Of a DNA stretch of 64,000 nt, positions 1 through 9,684 are shown one piece after another. A model generated the notes under the pieces. The model did not search any database and was not told the origin of the DNA. It saw nothing but the letters and a program-made list of their open reading frames with translations. Origin of the DNA: a virus; IMG/VR virus record IMGVR_UViG_3300034103_001442, positions 87,741-151,740 of that record; one strand, written 5' to 3'. The position numbers and the translations under genes were made by a program. Positions within the stretch are counted from its first letter, which is position 1; the number at the start of each line of letters is the position of its first letter.

Positions 1-1
1 A

Positions 2-454
2 ACGGAATGCATTTTTTTTGCGATCATGATATGCTTTCATTTTTACCATATCATAAATTGGTTCGACAAGAGTTACCCTTTCAGTCCAGTCTTCGCCTTC
101 TTTTTTCACCCACTTGTATTTACCTTTCTTGATGCAAAAATTTGGGTCACGGTTTTTGGCAAGTTCGCCAAATGCCCAAATCATCTCGCCAAGAATCCAG
201 TCCCAACGCTTGAAGTGGTTGGAGTCTGTGTCCCATTCATTTTTCTTTGGCTTGGCTGCAGTTGAACGCAGATGTTCAGGAACATCTTCATCATCAGTGT
301 AAGGTGCTCCATGCGCAGTTTTCTTCAACTGTTTGAGCATTGGATAAATGATATCAGAAAGAGTGTGAGCCATGTCCCAAGTGTCCCATGGATCAATATG
401 AATAAACTTTTTTTGATCACCCTTCTTTGGGTATTTGCGAATTGTTACTTTCAT
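2..454 (-). CDS. conserved T4-like phage hypothetical protein (3'-partial)
   Basis: Read manually, not in ORF track: MKVTIRKYPKK...IDPWDTWDMAHTLSDII...HGAPYTDDEDVP...RWDWILGEMIWAF; open to the window edge. Confidence 0.75.
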   Translation of the reverse strand, partial: MKVTIRKYPKKGDQKKFIHIDPWDTWDMAHTLSDIIYPMLKQLKKTAHGAPYTDDEDVPEHLRSTAAKPKKNEWDTDSNHFKRWDWILGEMIWAFGELAKNRDPNFCIKKGKYKWVKKEGEDWTERVTLVEPIYDMVKMKAYHDRKKNAFR

Positions 455-567
455 TTTGTTTTTTCGTGCAGCCATTCAGCCGCTTCACAAAGAAACTTCA
501 CCAAAAAAATAATACCAAGAAAAAGTGCACCTGTTAAAAGCAAACCCAATGTCAAATCAGTTATCAT
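451..567 (-). CDS. small single-TM hypothetical protein (38 aa)
   Basis: Manual translation MITDLTLGLLLTGALFLGIIFLVKFLCEAAEWLHEKTK; ATGA overlap with next gene. Confidence 0.5.
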   Translation of the reverse strand: MITDLTLGLLLTGALFLGIIFLVKFLCEAAEWLHEKTK

Positions 568-826
568 TTTTCGTTACTGGACTGATGTCAACATCAAATG
601 TTCTTACTTCGACAGTTTCGTAGTAACCCTGACTCCAAAGTTTTTGGGCTCTGCTTTTGGCATCCAAATACTCAACGTGAACGCTGTCATCAAACCACCA
701 CCAACGGTCGAAAAACCATTGAGGCTCACGGCGATACTCAACGTACCACTTGCCGCTGTATTTGGTAACTTTGACTTTAAGTATTGGGTGTTTCTTTAAA
801 TAAAACCCAGAGTCGTTGATGTCCAT
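557..826 (-). CDS. hypothetical protein
   Basis: ORF track; fits the tandem minus-strand gene array. Confidence 0.6.
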   Translation of the reverse strand: MDINDSGFYLKKHPILKVKVTKYSGKWYVEYRREPQWFFDRWWWFDDSVHVEYLDAKSRAQKLWSQGYYETVEVRTFDVDISPVTKNDN

Positions 827-858
827 ATTATACCACTTTTACCAGATCTTGTATATAT

Positions 859-1122
859 TTAAGCGAAAAGGTATCTCAAGATTCCAGCAAATAAAATGAC
901 CCCAAGGGTGCCATTCAGCACCATGATTGCTCGGTCATTCCATTTCCAGCCGACATAAAACCAGCCGACAACACCAAGCCAACTAAAGAAAATGTCATAG
1001 ATGAGGAGTTCAATCACACCGCTCGAGCGAAAAGTCACAGCAATCAAAACAAAAATGCTCGAGACCCACTTGATATACCAAGTGGCATCATATTTCGGTG
1101 TGACTGATTCCATTGTACTCAT
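859..1122 (-). CDS. small membrane protein (about 3 TM)
   Basis: Hydrophobic segments; WYIKWVSS...WNDRAIMVLN. Confidence 0.7.
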   Translation of the reverse strand: MSTMESVTPKYDATWYIKWVSSIFVLIAVTFRSSGVIELLIYDIFFSWLGVVGWFYVGWKWNDRAIMVLNGTLGVILFAGILRYLFA

Positions 1123-1313
1123 CTTACATCATCCCTCTGCTTTCTGTAGTTGAGTATAGTGACCGCATCATTGATTTGGTCAAGGTACTTACACTCAGCA
1201 GTGTAGTTGAAGCCAGCCATGTTGTTGGCTGCATCCCGCGCATCCTTAATGATATACAGGAGTTCTTCGTTTGTTTTACCGTGATATGGATGTCCATCGA
1301 GAATTTTAGACAT
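1119..1313 (-). CDS. hypothetical protein
   Basis: Likely start at MSKILDG (GAGG SD) rather than the ORF-track start. Confidence 0.6.
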   Translation of the reverse strand: MSKILDGHPYHGKTNEELLYIIKDARDAANNMAGFNYTAECKYLDQINDAVTILNYRKQRDDVR

Positions 1314-1659
1314 TGTTAACACCTCGAACAAGTGGGGCAACCCCAGACTTAATTTCTTCCAAAGCATTATCCAGCAAACGGTCGCCGATTTCTTCGAGCA
1401 CTCGTTTGCCATTTGGCACAAGGTAAAGACCCTTCCACTGTATCCCAACTGACTTGGCGAGTGAACTCATGGAAAAGTAATTCGGCTTGTCACCGTCATT
1501 GAACAAACGGTAGTACATATTTTGGTACTTGCGCCACTTGTCCATTTTCGGAGTTGAGCACTTGTCATAGTAGGGGATATACTTATCCGCAACTGCCACT
1601 TCTTCTTCGCGGCGACCAGCCCAAAACGTTTCGGGGAATTTCAAATCTTGCTGAACCAT
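1306..1659 (-). CDS. early hypothetical protein
   Basis: Downstream of promoter motif at 1692; start MVQQDL. Confidence 0.65.
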   Translation of the reverse strand: MVQQDLKFPETFWAGRREEEVAVADKYIPYYDKCSTPKMDKWRKYQNMYYRLFNDGDKPNYFSMSSLAKSVGIQWKGLYLVPNGKRVLEEIGDRLLDNALEEIKSGVAPLVRGVNNV

Positions 1660-1691
1660 CTTTATTTTCCTAATTACCAAACTATAGATCA

Positions 1692-1723
1692 AGTATAGGT
1701 TATTTCAGAAATAAAATAAAGTC
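1692..1723 (-). promoter_or_regulatory. phage early/middle-type promoter
   Basis: TTTATT-TTATTTCTGAAATAACC-TATACT; motif repeated about 10 times in the window. Confidence 0.75.
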
Positions 1724-1730
1724 TTTTTTT

Positions 1731-1770
1731 AAAAAAACGGCGAGCCTCTTTTCAGAAACTCGCCGTTTTC
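1731..1770. terminator. intrinsic terminator (possibly bidirectional)
   Basis: AAAACGGCGAG...CTCGCCGTTTT stem with T-tracts on both strands. Confidence 0.7.
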
Positions 1771-1771
1771 A

Positions 1772-2179
1772 TTAGGCTACGCGAGTAACGGTAACAAACC
1801 CACGACCAACCTTACGCGAGAACCGCGCACCAGTGATCTTGCTAACGTACTTCATAGCATTGACCACCTTACGCACAGTCTTGCGCTTGGAGTATCGGTT
1901 ATCAGCACTTGTCTTAAACGACACCACCGAGCCAACACCCTGATTCTTCGCTAGAAGAATTTGGCGAGTGAAACCACTTCGACGACGACCACGCTCACCG
2001 ATAAAATTCGGATCAGCAAGTTCCGCAGTTACAGTTTCAGCCACCACTTCAGTTACAAGTCCCTCGAGAACTCGGACTTCCTGGAGGAGTTTCGAATAAG
2101 ACTTCTGTGCTCCTTCAATGACCGACTCAAGATGAACCAACTGCTCACGCTTCACGTTCAAAATATTCTGCAAATTCAT
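1772..2179 (-). CDS. hypothetical protein, coiled-coil N-terminus and basic C-terminus (possible DNA-binding)
   Basis: GGAG SD before MNLQN; own promoter at 2232 and terminator. Confidence 0.65.
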   Translation of the reverse strand: MNLQNILNVKREQLVHLESVIEGAQKSYSKLLQEVRVLEGLVTEVVAETVTAELADPNFIGERGRRRSGFTRQILLAKNQGVGSVVSFKTSADNRYSKRKTVRKVVNAMKYVSKITGARFSRKVGRGFVTVTRVA

Positions 2180-2231
2180 ATCAACATCTCCATTACAAAA
2201 GTTACTAAACAATTAATCAACCAACTAAACC

Positions 2232-2263
2232 AGTATACGTTTTTTCAGAAATAAAATAAAGTC
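2232..2263 (-). promoter_or_regulatory. phage early/middle-type promoter
   Basis: TTTATT-TTATTTCTGAAAAAACG-TATACT. Confidence 0.75.
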
Positions 2264-2267
2264 TTTT

Positions 2268-2522
2268 TTATTCCTCCTTTTGCGCCCCAACCTTCCGCAA
2301 AAGTTCGTATCGCTCGCTGCTGAATTGTTCAAACATTCGCCAAAGTTTATCAAACTTCGCCTCATACAATGTTTCAATTCCAATCAGCATGTTAGCAACC
2401 TTATCATCATGACCCTTTTCCAGCGGCGCATCAAGCATAAACTCACTGACAGTTTTAATATCAGAGGTCACGCGCCAGCATTCCATAATCTGTTGTTCAA
2501 AATCGAATTGATCGTACTTCAT
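2268..2522 (-). CDS. hypothetical protein
   Basis: ORF track, SD present. Confidence 0.65.
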   Translation of the reverse strand: MKYDQFDFEQQIMECWRVTSDIKTVSEFMLDAPLEKGHDDKVANMLIGIETLYEAKFDKLWRMFEQFSSERYELLRKVGAQKEE

Positions 2523-2523
2523 A

Positions 2524-2841
2524 TTAACCTCTACGCATCCGCGAAATATCTTTCATTTGTTCATCGTTAATAACTGGCACTGCGTTTGACTTATGCATTG
2601 TTGCAATGCCCTTAATCAAAGTGCCAGTATACTTCAGTGACTCTTTACGAGTGGTTGAAGATAGGTCACTGGTCAATGACTCGAGGCGACTCGCCTGATC
2701 AGAGCCAGGACGTAGGTATGACACTGCTGAAAGTTTCAGGGTGCTGGTAATCTTATCAGTTCTCTGATACTTTTGGGCAATGACACCTTTCAACTTACGC
2801 TTTTTTTTCGGTTTGAACCGAGTAGCGCAATACACCATCAT
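2524..2841 (-). CDS. conserved T4-like hypothetical protein
   Basis: C-terminal YTGTLIKGIATMHKSNAVPV motif typical of T4-like phages. Confidence 0.75.
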   Translation of the reverse strand: MMVYCATRFKPKKKRKLKGVIAQKYQRTDKITSTLKLSAVSYLRPGSDQASRLESLTSDLSSTTRKESLKYTGTLIKGIATMHKSNAVPVINDEQMKDISRMRRG

Positions 2842-3035
2842 GGACTGGGATACCTCTCATTGTGAGAACGGTAAAAGGAATTAATTTTACCAATCTCACG
2901 GGACATTTCAATTACAAAGTCGTGAATGTCTTCCTCATTTCGAGAAATGTCATTCAACTTATGAACAAACTCGCGCAGCACGCGAATTTCTTCCATAGTG
3001 CCTCGCGGCATAACTTCAAAATCACCTTCACTCAT
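2838..3035 (-). CDS. hypothetical protein
   Basis: ORF track; promoter motif at 3045-3076. Confidence 0.6.
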   Translation of the reverse strand: MSEGDFEVMPRGTMEEIRVLREFVHKLNDISRNEEDIHDFVIEMSREIGKINSFYRSHNERYPSP

Positions 3036-3074
3036 ATAGTCTCCAGTATACGCGTTATAAGAAAAAAAGAAAAG

Positions 3075-3260
3075 TTATTCGTTGTTTTGAAAATCTTCAA
3101 AGTGAAACCACTCACAAATCTCATTCAGAACTGCTCGCTCAATCTGTTCGCGAACATGATGATCTTCTGGTTGATCAGTATGCTTGTGTGCACGATTCCA
3201 GCCAAGCATAACGCCAGTCTCAACACACTGAGCAATTAGATTGTATTCTTTTGCTTTCAT
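3075..3260 (-). CDS. hypothetical protein
   Basis: Start MKAKEY after GGAGG SD. Confidence 0.65.
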   Translation of the reverse strand: MKAKEYNLIAQCVETGVMLGWNRAHKHTDQPEDHHVREQIERAVLNEICEWFHFEDFQNNE

Positions 3261-3422
3261 TTTACAACCTCCCAGCACTTGGCAACTGCATCTTTGTGAA
3301 TCATCGTTGAGTTGGCTTCGAGGCAATTGCTATAGATTCTTTTCTCTGTAAGAGTAAACCCAAGCAGATACCCCAAAACAAATAAAATTAACGCTACCAC
3401 AAAAATTGGCATTGCATTATCA

Positions 3423-3719
3423 TCATTCATATGTCATCTCCCATCTTGGCGTTCTATGCCAAACGATTTTTGAATTTGTTTTTTCATACTGCTCAACCAA
3501 CTGCTGCAATGTCCACACAGCATCAGTCTCAACAGTTTCGAGCCAATCGCTGAATTTGTTATAATCATCTGCCTTCATTATTGGCAAACCGATTTCTTCT
3601 GGATAACTCCAATCGCCACCATACATGTCGATACGACCACCAGCCCAATCACTGCCATGCTCTTTGATCCAATCCATATTGATCGGACCCATATAGTTGG
3701 TGCTGTAATGAATAGGCAT
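3423..3719 (-). CDS. hypothetical protein
   Basis: ORF track. Confidence 0.6.
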   Translation of the reverse strand: MPIHYSTNYMGPINMDWIKEHGSDWAGGRIDMYGGDWSYPEEIGLPIMKADDYNKFSDWLETVETDAVWTLQQLVEQYEKTNSKIVWHRTPRWEMTYE

Positions 3720-3863
3720 TACTCTATCTCTACTCCCATCGCATCAGCAATGCTTGTATAGATAAGTGCGAACATCATAAACACTACAAGCAGTGGAACA
3801 ACCACAATTAGCCAAACAGGAAATGTGATTGTAAGAACTCCAGCAAGAATCTTCTTCTGTTTG

Positions 3864-4106
3864 TTAGTCATTGCCTTCACCATAATACTTCAACACAGTC
3901 TTGAATGCATCGATGTGTCGCTTGATCTCAGCAATGTCTTTCTTCTTGTTTGTGTCAAAGATGGCAATCCACTCTTTGCCCTTCTTCCGTTTCTCAAGAT
4001 CAACTTCAAGATTCTCAACAAGACTCTTCATTGAAGAAGTTGTAATCTTGTCAATTGTATCCCAATCAAGTTCAACTGTGATTTTCTTGTCCATTTTCAT
4101 CTCCAA
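3864..4106 (-). CDS. hypothetical protein
   Basis: ORF track. Confidence 0.6.
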   Translation of the reverse strand: MEMKMDKKITVELDWDTIDKITTSSMKSLVENLEVDLEKRKKGKEWIAIFDTNKKKDIAEIKRHIDAFKTVLKYYGEGND

Positions 4107-4208
4107 AAAATACGAATCATGATTGGTCCAATGCGAATGTCACGATAAGGATTGCCATTGTTGAATCGCACAGTTGATCCGAATGACCAATGCTTGACCC
4201 AATGAATA

Positions 4209-4658
4209 TCAACCTTCACCATAGGTCTCAAACTCAAACTCACCATCGACAACAGTCACCTTGACCAACTTGCCATCAGCACCACCGCTTGTGCGCAAAT
4301 AGTCACGACCACCATCAATCATGTATGGTCCTTTAGTAACATAATCATGTCGAAAACGACTCACAAGAACCTCACCATCTTCTGTCAACAAGCCTGTGAT
4401 TGGTTCACTGAATGCACTTGCAGCATCAGTGATCATCACTTGTCCCTTGTAGGGACGAAACATTCCAAAGTAATGCGAGTGACCTTTGCTCACATCAGGA
4501 TTCGGTTGATAAAAAACATCAACAGGTGTGTCTGACCAACCAGACTCAAGTCTGATTGCCCAGTATCCCATATACTTGGCACCATATTGTTTTTCGATAA
4601 CAGCAATTGCGTCAGGGCTGAAATAGAAACTGGGCGTCTTGATAAACATTGTGCTCAT
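4209..4658 (-). CDS. hypothetical phage protein
   Basis: SRFRHDY...IDGGRDYLR motif seen in phage proteins. Confidence 0.7.
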   Translation of the reverse strand: MSTMFIKTPSFYFSPDAIAVIEKQYGAKYMGYWAIRLESGWSDTPVDVFYQPNPDVSKGHSHYFGMFRPYKGQVMITDAASAFSEPITGLLTEDGEVLVSRFRHDYVTKGPYMIDGGRDYLRTSGGADGKLVKVTVVDGEFEFETYGEG

Positions 4659-4703
4659 AGATCAATTATAATCTAACAATAATAAAAAGTAAAGCAATTT
4701 TTG

Positions 4704-5093
4704 CTAACTAAATTCTCTTGAACAGAACGAATAACCTTCTGGATCATCCCAATCCCACTCTGGATTGAACCAGCCTTCCTTGCGACCTTCTTCGTTGTGA
4801 ACCTTCACTTTGTAACCTTGTGGGTGATACTCATTTACCACCACATAACCTGGTCTGCCATAAATTTCTATCAATTCAACAAACTTATCAAATGGAACCG
4901 TACCACCATACTCATCGTAGATAATTTTGTCAACAAGATACTCTTTCCACTTTTGCCAAGTGGTCAAACCATCATACTTGTAACCATGGAATGAGAATGC
5001 CCAGCCATATGAATTCTTGCCGATGTGATACTTCTCATCGTATCGCTTACAGCATTCGCAAACATTGTCAACAACATAATAATTAGTGCCCAT
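4704..5093 (-). CDS. hypothetical phage protein
   Basis: MGTNYY..CxCC..HIGK.SYGW.F.F...FS pattern. Confidence 0.7.
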   Translation of the reverse strand: MGTNYYVVDNVCECCKRYDEKYHIGKNSYGWAFSFHGYKYDGLTTWQKWKEYLVDKIIYDEYGGTVPFDKFVELIEIYGRPGYVVVNEYHPQGYKVKVHNEEGRKEGWFNPEWDWDDPEGYSFCSREFS

Positions 5094-5503
5094 TATTCAA
5101 CTCCTTGTTCGTATTTGCCTTTGTTTTTTACACTGCACATTTCTCTGTTCATAACATCTTCAATGAACTTTTGATTGATACGCTTGATATGATACGCAAA
5201 TCTGCCACCAAAGTAAACACAATACTCTCCCAAATAATTACTTCGCAACACGATAGTGTATGCGCTGGTTATGGCTTGACCACCAAGACCACCAAACCCC
5301 AGTGCTGTGGAACTCCAGGTTTGACTGAACATGGCATAGACTTCAATATCACGATCACTATGCTTGCGAGTTTTGGTAACTCTTTTGTTTTCTCCAGTTT
5401 TACCGAAATGTTCCCAATCACGGTCCTCGTATTCAATCAGAGGAAACCCCTCGTACATCGCATGAGCAATAGCATTAGATAAATTCTGTACTGCGTATTC
5501 CAT
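5093..5503 (-). CDS. hypothetical phage protein
   Basis: FSQTWSSTALGFGGLGGQAITSAYT motif. Confidence 0.7.
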   Translation of the reverse strand: MEYAVQNLSNAIAHAMYEGFPLIEYEDRDWEHFGKTGENKRVTKTRKHSDRDIEVYAMFSQTWSSTALGFGGLGGQAITSAYTIVLRSNYLGEYCVYFGGRFAYHIKRINQKFIEDVMNREMCSVKNKGKYEQGVE

Positions 5504-5721
5504 TATTCAACTCCCACAACTTTGAATTCTTGATTCTCACGTTTGAACTGGTTTGCAGCATGCTGTGCTGCTTCTTCTGTAGTGAAGAAGTAATCCTTCA
5601 GCCACATTTCCCAGTCAGACCATTCGATATGCGACTTGAAGAAGCAACCGTTGTAGCAGCGTCTTTGTGGGTCGTCGTTGATCAATTGACCACGACGGAT
5701 GTATAAAGTATATTTCATCAC
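5503..5721 (-). CDS. hypothetical protein
   Basis: ORF track, coupled start/stop. Confidence 0.6.
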   Translation of the reverse strand: MMKYTLYIRRGQLINDDPQRRCYNGCFFKSHIEWSDWEMWLKDYFFTTEEAAQHAANQFKRENQEFKVVGVE

Positions 5722-5963
5722 TTAACTCCAAAATGCTTTTTCAAATCCTCAACACAACGACGGACTTCAAAGTCCTCACGATTGTTATCACCCATGTATC
5801 GTTTGTTAACTACACCGATACATTCTTGAACAATCAACTCAGCGAACTTTTCCAATCCTGGTGAAATCATTATTTCTATTGGACCACCAACCCATAGTTG
5901 GTCTTTAATTGGCTCATATGCAAATCCAGCCTGTAGAGCAAGTTCTTTAATTCGTTCGTTCAT
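5718..5963 (-). CDS. hypothetical phage protein
   Basis: MNERIKELA...EKFAELIVQEC...KHFGV pattern. Confidence 0.7.
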   Translation of the reverse strand: MNERIKELALQAGFAYEPIKDQLWVGGPIEIMISPGLEKFAELIVQECIGVVNKRYMGDNNREDFEVRRCVEDLKKHFGVK

Positions 5964-5966
5964 TCT

Positions 5967-6326
5967 TCAACTCCGATAAGTCTGTTCTGTTTCACGAATC
6001 CAGAACGCAGCATCTTCGGACTCAGAATCCCAAGAAGAATCTGCATCATACTGACGCAACAATTGCTCCGTCGTTTGCAGATCATCCAAGTAACCACGAC
6101 CGAACTGCGCAAGACGACCCTGCACATCTTCGCATGCAAAGTCAGAATCCCAATCGAACTCTGCTTGAAATGCATCGCAATAATCGCAAGAACCGAATGC
6201 GCCTTGCACCCAGCCACGCTGACCTTGGTACTCGACCAAAGCAACCCATGAGCCTTGCCAGTCACCAAACTCCTGAAACGCGATCACTCGCGCACCAGCA
6301 GCAACCAATGAATCTTGATATGACAT
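5967..6326 (-). CDS. hypothetical protein
   Basis: GSCDYCD motif; promoter at 6333-6364. Confidence 0.65.
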   Translation of the reverse strand: MSYQDSLVAAGARVIAFQEFGDWQGSWVALVEYQGQRGWVQGAFGSCDYCDAFQAEFDWDSDFACEDVQGRLAQFGRGYLDDLQTTEQLLRQYDADSSWDSESEDAAFWIRETEQTYRS

Positions 6327-6362
6327 ATTAAGAATATACCCTACCTTGAAAATAAAATAAAG

Positions 6363-6617
6363 TTAGGCAACCACCTGAATGCGCGGCTCAATCCACTCGT
6401 CGTCGAACATGTGCTGACCAGGAAGGGGAGCAACGAAAGTGTCAGACCAGAACCTCTCTTCAACCTTACCCTCCCACACACGCTTGATCTTGTTGGCGCG
6501 GAAAGTGCCATCAGGAAGAATGGCAGTCACGAGACCGACATAATAACAATCCGTCGTGCTCGGAAAATCGAGCGACTTCACGACGGAACCTACTTCAACA
6601 GTGTTTTCAGTTTTCAT
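6363..6617 (-). CDS. hypothetical protein
   Basis: ORF immediately after promoter 6624-6655. Confidence 0.65.
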   Translation of the reverse strand: MKTENTVEVGSVVKSLDFPSTTDCYYVGLVTAILPDGTFRANKIKRVWEGKVEERFWSDTFVAPLPGQHMFDDEWIEPRIQVVA

Positions 6618-6623
6618 ATTATC

Positions 6624-6655
6624 AGTATAGGTTATTTCAGAAATAAAGAAAAGTC
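6624..6655 (-). promoter_or_regulatory. phage early/middle-type promoter
   Basis: TTTTCT-TTATTTCTGAAATAACC-TATACT; 24 nt identical to the 1692 copy. Confidence 0.75.
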
Positions 6656-6690
6656 TTTTATTTTAATAAGAATCAATGAGTTACAGGCAT

Positions 6691-6850
6691 AAAAAAAGGG
6701 TGCCCTTTCGGACACCCTCCCACGATGCGTGTATCGAGAGGAACCCCACCTGCTGAGAACCAGCTGCCTCGACTGTTCCAATCGTCTCTAACGAGACACT
6801 TGCCACTTTACGGACTCTAGAAACCGTAACCCACGCACCACATTGTGTAG
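6691..6850 (-). ncRNA. putative late-transcribed structured ncRNA (about 160 nt) with terminator
   Basis: TATAAATA at 6854-6861; multibranch fold closed by GGTGCGTG/CACGCATC; GGGTGTCC-GAAA-GGGCACCC-T7 terminator; no ORF in track. Confidence 0.6.
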
Positions 6851-6886
6851 TCTTATTTATAATGGGAAGTTGATTTTTTCAAAAAA

Positions 6887-8281
6887 TTATTTAAAATTTT
6901 GGAATTTTGTTTTGTCAAATTTGAACTCTGTGATCTTTTCGCCAAACTTTCCCTTATCAGCCACTGGACCATCATCCATGATATTGTGTTGGGCTGCAAC
7001 CTCAACATCATAGAGTTTCATCTTTGACCTATCAATACCAACAACAAATCTTCGGTTGTTGCCTGGATCACCATAACGGTTCTTCAACTGCTTGACCAAA
7101 ATTTGGTTCATGCGTTCAAGTTCCTCAGTGCTGATCAACGCAAACATAAAGTCAGCCGTAGCAGGTAGACCAAATGACTCGGAGGTATCTTCAAGTCCAA
7201 CATCAGAGTTTGTAAAGCCAGACCTGTTCGTTTGGGTTGCTGATATAATTGGAACGTTAGACTCAACCGCAAGCCCACGCAACTCTTCAGCAATTGCCTT
7301 GATGTACATATAACTGTTGACATTGCTGTTTGGCTTGATTCTTGATGAGGCGCAAATGTTCAGATAGTCAATGTAGATAATATCAGGGACAAAGTTTTTC
7401 TTGACTTTCAACTCACCAAGCAGGTGGCGAAAGTTTGCCGAGCCAGCACAAGCAGTTGGATACTCTTTGACGATCAACTTACCCTTGGCTTTTTCTCTAA
7501 TTTTAGTAATCTTGCGGTCATATGAGTCTTTTGGTAAGTCCTTGAGTTCATCAAGGGTGACATCCATAAGGTTGGCATCAATACGTTCAGCAATCTTTTC
7601 CTCAGCCATTTCCATGGTGATATACAAAACGTTGTAACCACTGATAAGGTTGTATGCCGCGCAATGACACATAAACAAAGATTTACCAACGCCTGTTCCC
7701 GCGAGCGCGATGTTCAAAGTTTTTTTGGGCAAACCGCCATCGGTAATTTTGTTAAAGTATTCGAGGTCAAATGGAATCTTTGACTCACGCTTATGATACA
7801 ATTCAAAACGTTCATCAGAGTCGAGAAGGAAGTCGTGACCGATGCTACTATCAAATGATACACCAAGCGCATCAGATAAAATTTTTGGAATTGATCCAAC
7901 TGAAATCTTATCGTCTTTTTTATCAACCAACTTAATGGCTTCCATCAATGCATTGTATAGTGCCTTGTCTTTACAAAACTCTTCAGTGCGGTCAACCAAC
8001 CAATCGAGTTCACGGTCTTCACTTTCTTTCAGTGTTCCAATCAACTCTTTGGTTAATTTAAACTGCTCTTCATTCAGATCAGTTGAACTTTGAATATCAA
8101 TCAGCAACGCTTCCTTGGTCGGAAGTTTGTTATATTGTTTTACATACTTATCAATCAATTCAAAAATAACTTTGTGATTGCGGTCACGGAAATAATCGAC
8201 ACGCAAAAACGGTATGACCTTACGGGCATACTCTTCCCTATATATCAGGTTACCAAAAATTATTTCTTCGATGTTGATCAT
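6887..8281 (-). CDS. 41: replicative DNA helicase (DnaB-like)
   Basis: Walker A AGTGVGKS, IDYLNI, SESFGLPATAD, KNRY. Confidence 0.95.
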   Translation of the reverse strand: MINIEEIIFGNLIYREEYARKVIPFLRVDYFRDRNHKVIFELIDKYVKQYNKLPTKEALLIDIQSSTDLNEEQFKLTKELIGTLKESEDRELDWLVDRTEEFCKDKALYNALMEAIKLVDKKDDKISVGSIPKILSDALGVSFDSSIGHDFLLDSDERFELYHKRESKIPFDLEYFNKITDGGLPKKTLNIALAGTGVGKSLFMCHCAAYNLISGYNVLYITMEMAEEKIAERIDANLMDVTLDELKDLPKDSYDRKITKIREKAKGKLIVKEYPTACAGSANFRHLLGELKVKKNFVPDIIYIDYLNICASSRIKPNSNVNSYMYIKAIAEELRGLAVESNVPIISATQTNRSGFTNSDVGLEDTSESFGLPATADFMFALISTEELERMNQILVKQLKNRYGDPGNNRRFVVGIDRSKMKLYDVEVAAQHNIMDDGPVADKGKFGEKITEFKFDKTKFQNFK

Positions 8282-9333
8282 TCAGACTCCACAAATTCTT
8301 CGTTGCCTTCGTCATCGGTCATGCCGTAACTGTAATACTTTTTGGCAGCGGCTTCAAGTTGTTCCATAACTTCCTTGGTGAAGAATTTTTCTGGCTCATC
8401 ATTGATTGCCTTACCGAAAACTTTATCACCATTTGGAAGTTCGTAGCGAGTGCTGACCTTCTTAAATACCCCAGCCTTCTCAGCAAGTTCAAGCAAGCCA
8501 TAGTATTTGTCAAGACCAGACTTGTATGAAAGTTTCACAACAGCGGAGGCGTTTTCCTTCGACATACGTGACTTATACATCTTGATCTTAATCAAGTTAC
8601 CAACAACATCAGTGCCATCCTTGTCTTTGCTCTTTGAAAGCATAGCAATGGTTGATGCGGCATACTTCAAACCAGTGCCGCCCGAGATTTCATTTGTCGG
8701 AACATAAGCACCAACTGCAGCATAAACGTGATTGGTCAGAAGCATTGGAATTTTAGCCCGAGCAAGTTTTAAAGTCAATACCCTGAATGCAGCCTTGATG
8801 ACCTGTGCCTTGGTCATATCGCGAGTTTCCTTACCCTCAGAACTATCTTCCATTTCTTTTGTAGTTGACAGCATGCCAAGTGAGTCAAGCACAAACATCA
8901 TTGGGGGACGTTTATCGGCAGGGCGTGCGATGTAAGCATCAATCAACTTAATGGCATGATGACGAAACTTCTGAATTGTATCAGGCTCGGCATAAATGAC
9001 ACGGTTGACATCAACGCCACGTGACTTCATCATATCACGAGTCACTGCGGCTTCGGTGTCATAATAAACAACGCCAGCGTCAGGGTTGTTGTCAAGAAAG
9101 TTCTTGACGATGCCGAGGACGAAAAATGTTTTACCAGTTGATGATTCACCAGCGAATGCAGTGATTTTGTTATTTGGAACACCACCATACAAACTACCAC
9201 TCAACACTGCGTTGAGCATGTATGATCCAGTGTCAATGAAACCAGAATATTCACCAGCACCCTCGCCATCTGCAACGATGCTTGTATCCTCGTCTTTAAT
9301 TTGATCTACTAAACTTCTAAAAAAATCGGTCAT
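8278..9333 (-). CDS. uvsX: RecA-like recombinase
   Basis: AGESSTGKT, YYDTE, LDSLGML; synteny with gp41. Confidence 0.95.
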   Translation of the reverse strand: MTDFFRSLVDQIKDEDTSIVADGEGAGEYSGFIDTGSYMLNAVLSGSLYGGVPNNKITAFAGESSTGKTFFVLGIVKNFLDNNPDAGVVYYDTEAAVTRDMMKSRGVDVNRVIYAEPDTIQKFRHHAIKLIDAYIARPADKRPPMMFVLDSLGMLSTTKEMEDSSEGKETRDMTKAQVIKAAFRVLTLKLARAKIPMLLTNHVYAAVGAYVPTNEISGGTGLKYAASTIAMLSKSKDKDGTDVVGNLIKIKMYKSRMSKENASAVVKLSYKSGLDKYYGLLELAEKAGVFKKVSTRYELPNGDKVFGKAINDEPEKFFTKEVMEQLEAAAKKYYSYGMTDDEGNEEFVESE

Positions 9334-9366
9334 GGGGTCACCTCTTGATACACTTTCAAGTAATCA

Positions 9367-9395
9367 ATTCTATTGTATTTGGGAAATAAAGTCAA
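9367..9395 (-). promoter_or_regulatory. sigma70-like promoter for uvsX
   Basis: TTGACT-17-TAGAAT, with TTATTTC following the -35. Confidence 0.6.
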
Positions 9396-9397
9396 CG

Positions 9398-9676
9398 TCA
9401 CTCGGACTTTACAATTTGGTCTAACTTCTTAATGAATGCGTCGATTTTCTGTTTTCTATCTGGCCAATAAATGTATTCACGTTTATCAGCGTCCTTTGCT
9501 AAATTTTGAAGCAGGGGTATAATCATCTTGTACATTGTCTCAACTTTGCTATCAGCGACTTTCACCGTTTGCTCAACTGCTACTTGTGCTGCTTTTTCTT
9601 CACGCTTTTTAAATTCATCCTCGCCAAAAGTGGTGAAACCAAAGTCAAAGTTTTCATCTAGTTCTATTCTAGCCAT
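9398..9676 (-). CDS. conserved T4-like hypothetical protein
   Basis: FDFGFT...PLLQNL...YIYWPDR; usual position between gp43 and uvsX. Confidence 0.8.
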   Translation of the reverse strand: MARIELDENFDFGFTTFGEDEFKKREEKAAQVAVEQTVKVADSKVETMYKMIIPLLQNLAKDADKREYIYWPDRKQKIDAFIKKLDQIVKSE

Positions 9677-9684
9677 TGTTGCTC

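Noticed and set aside
5960-6268. Alternative-frame ORF overlapping 5967-6326
   Set aside because: The 5967-6326 frame starts right after the promoter and has more protein-like composition
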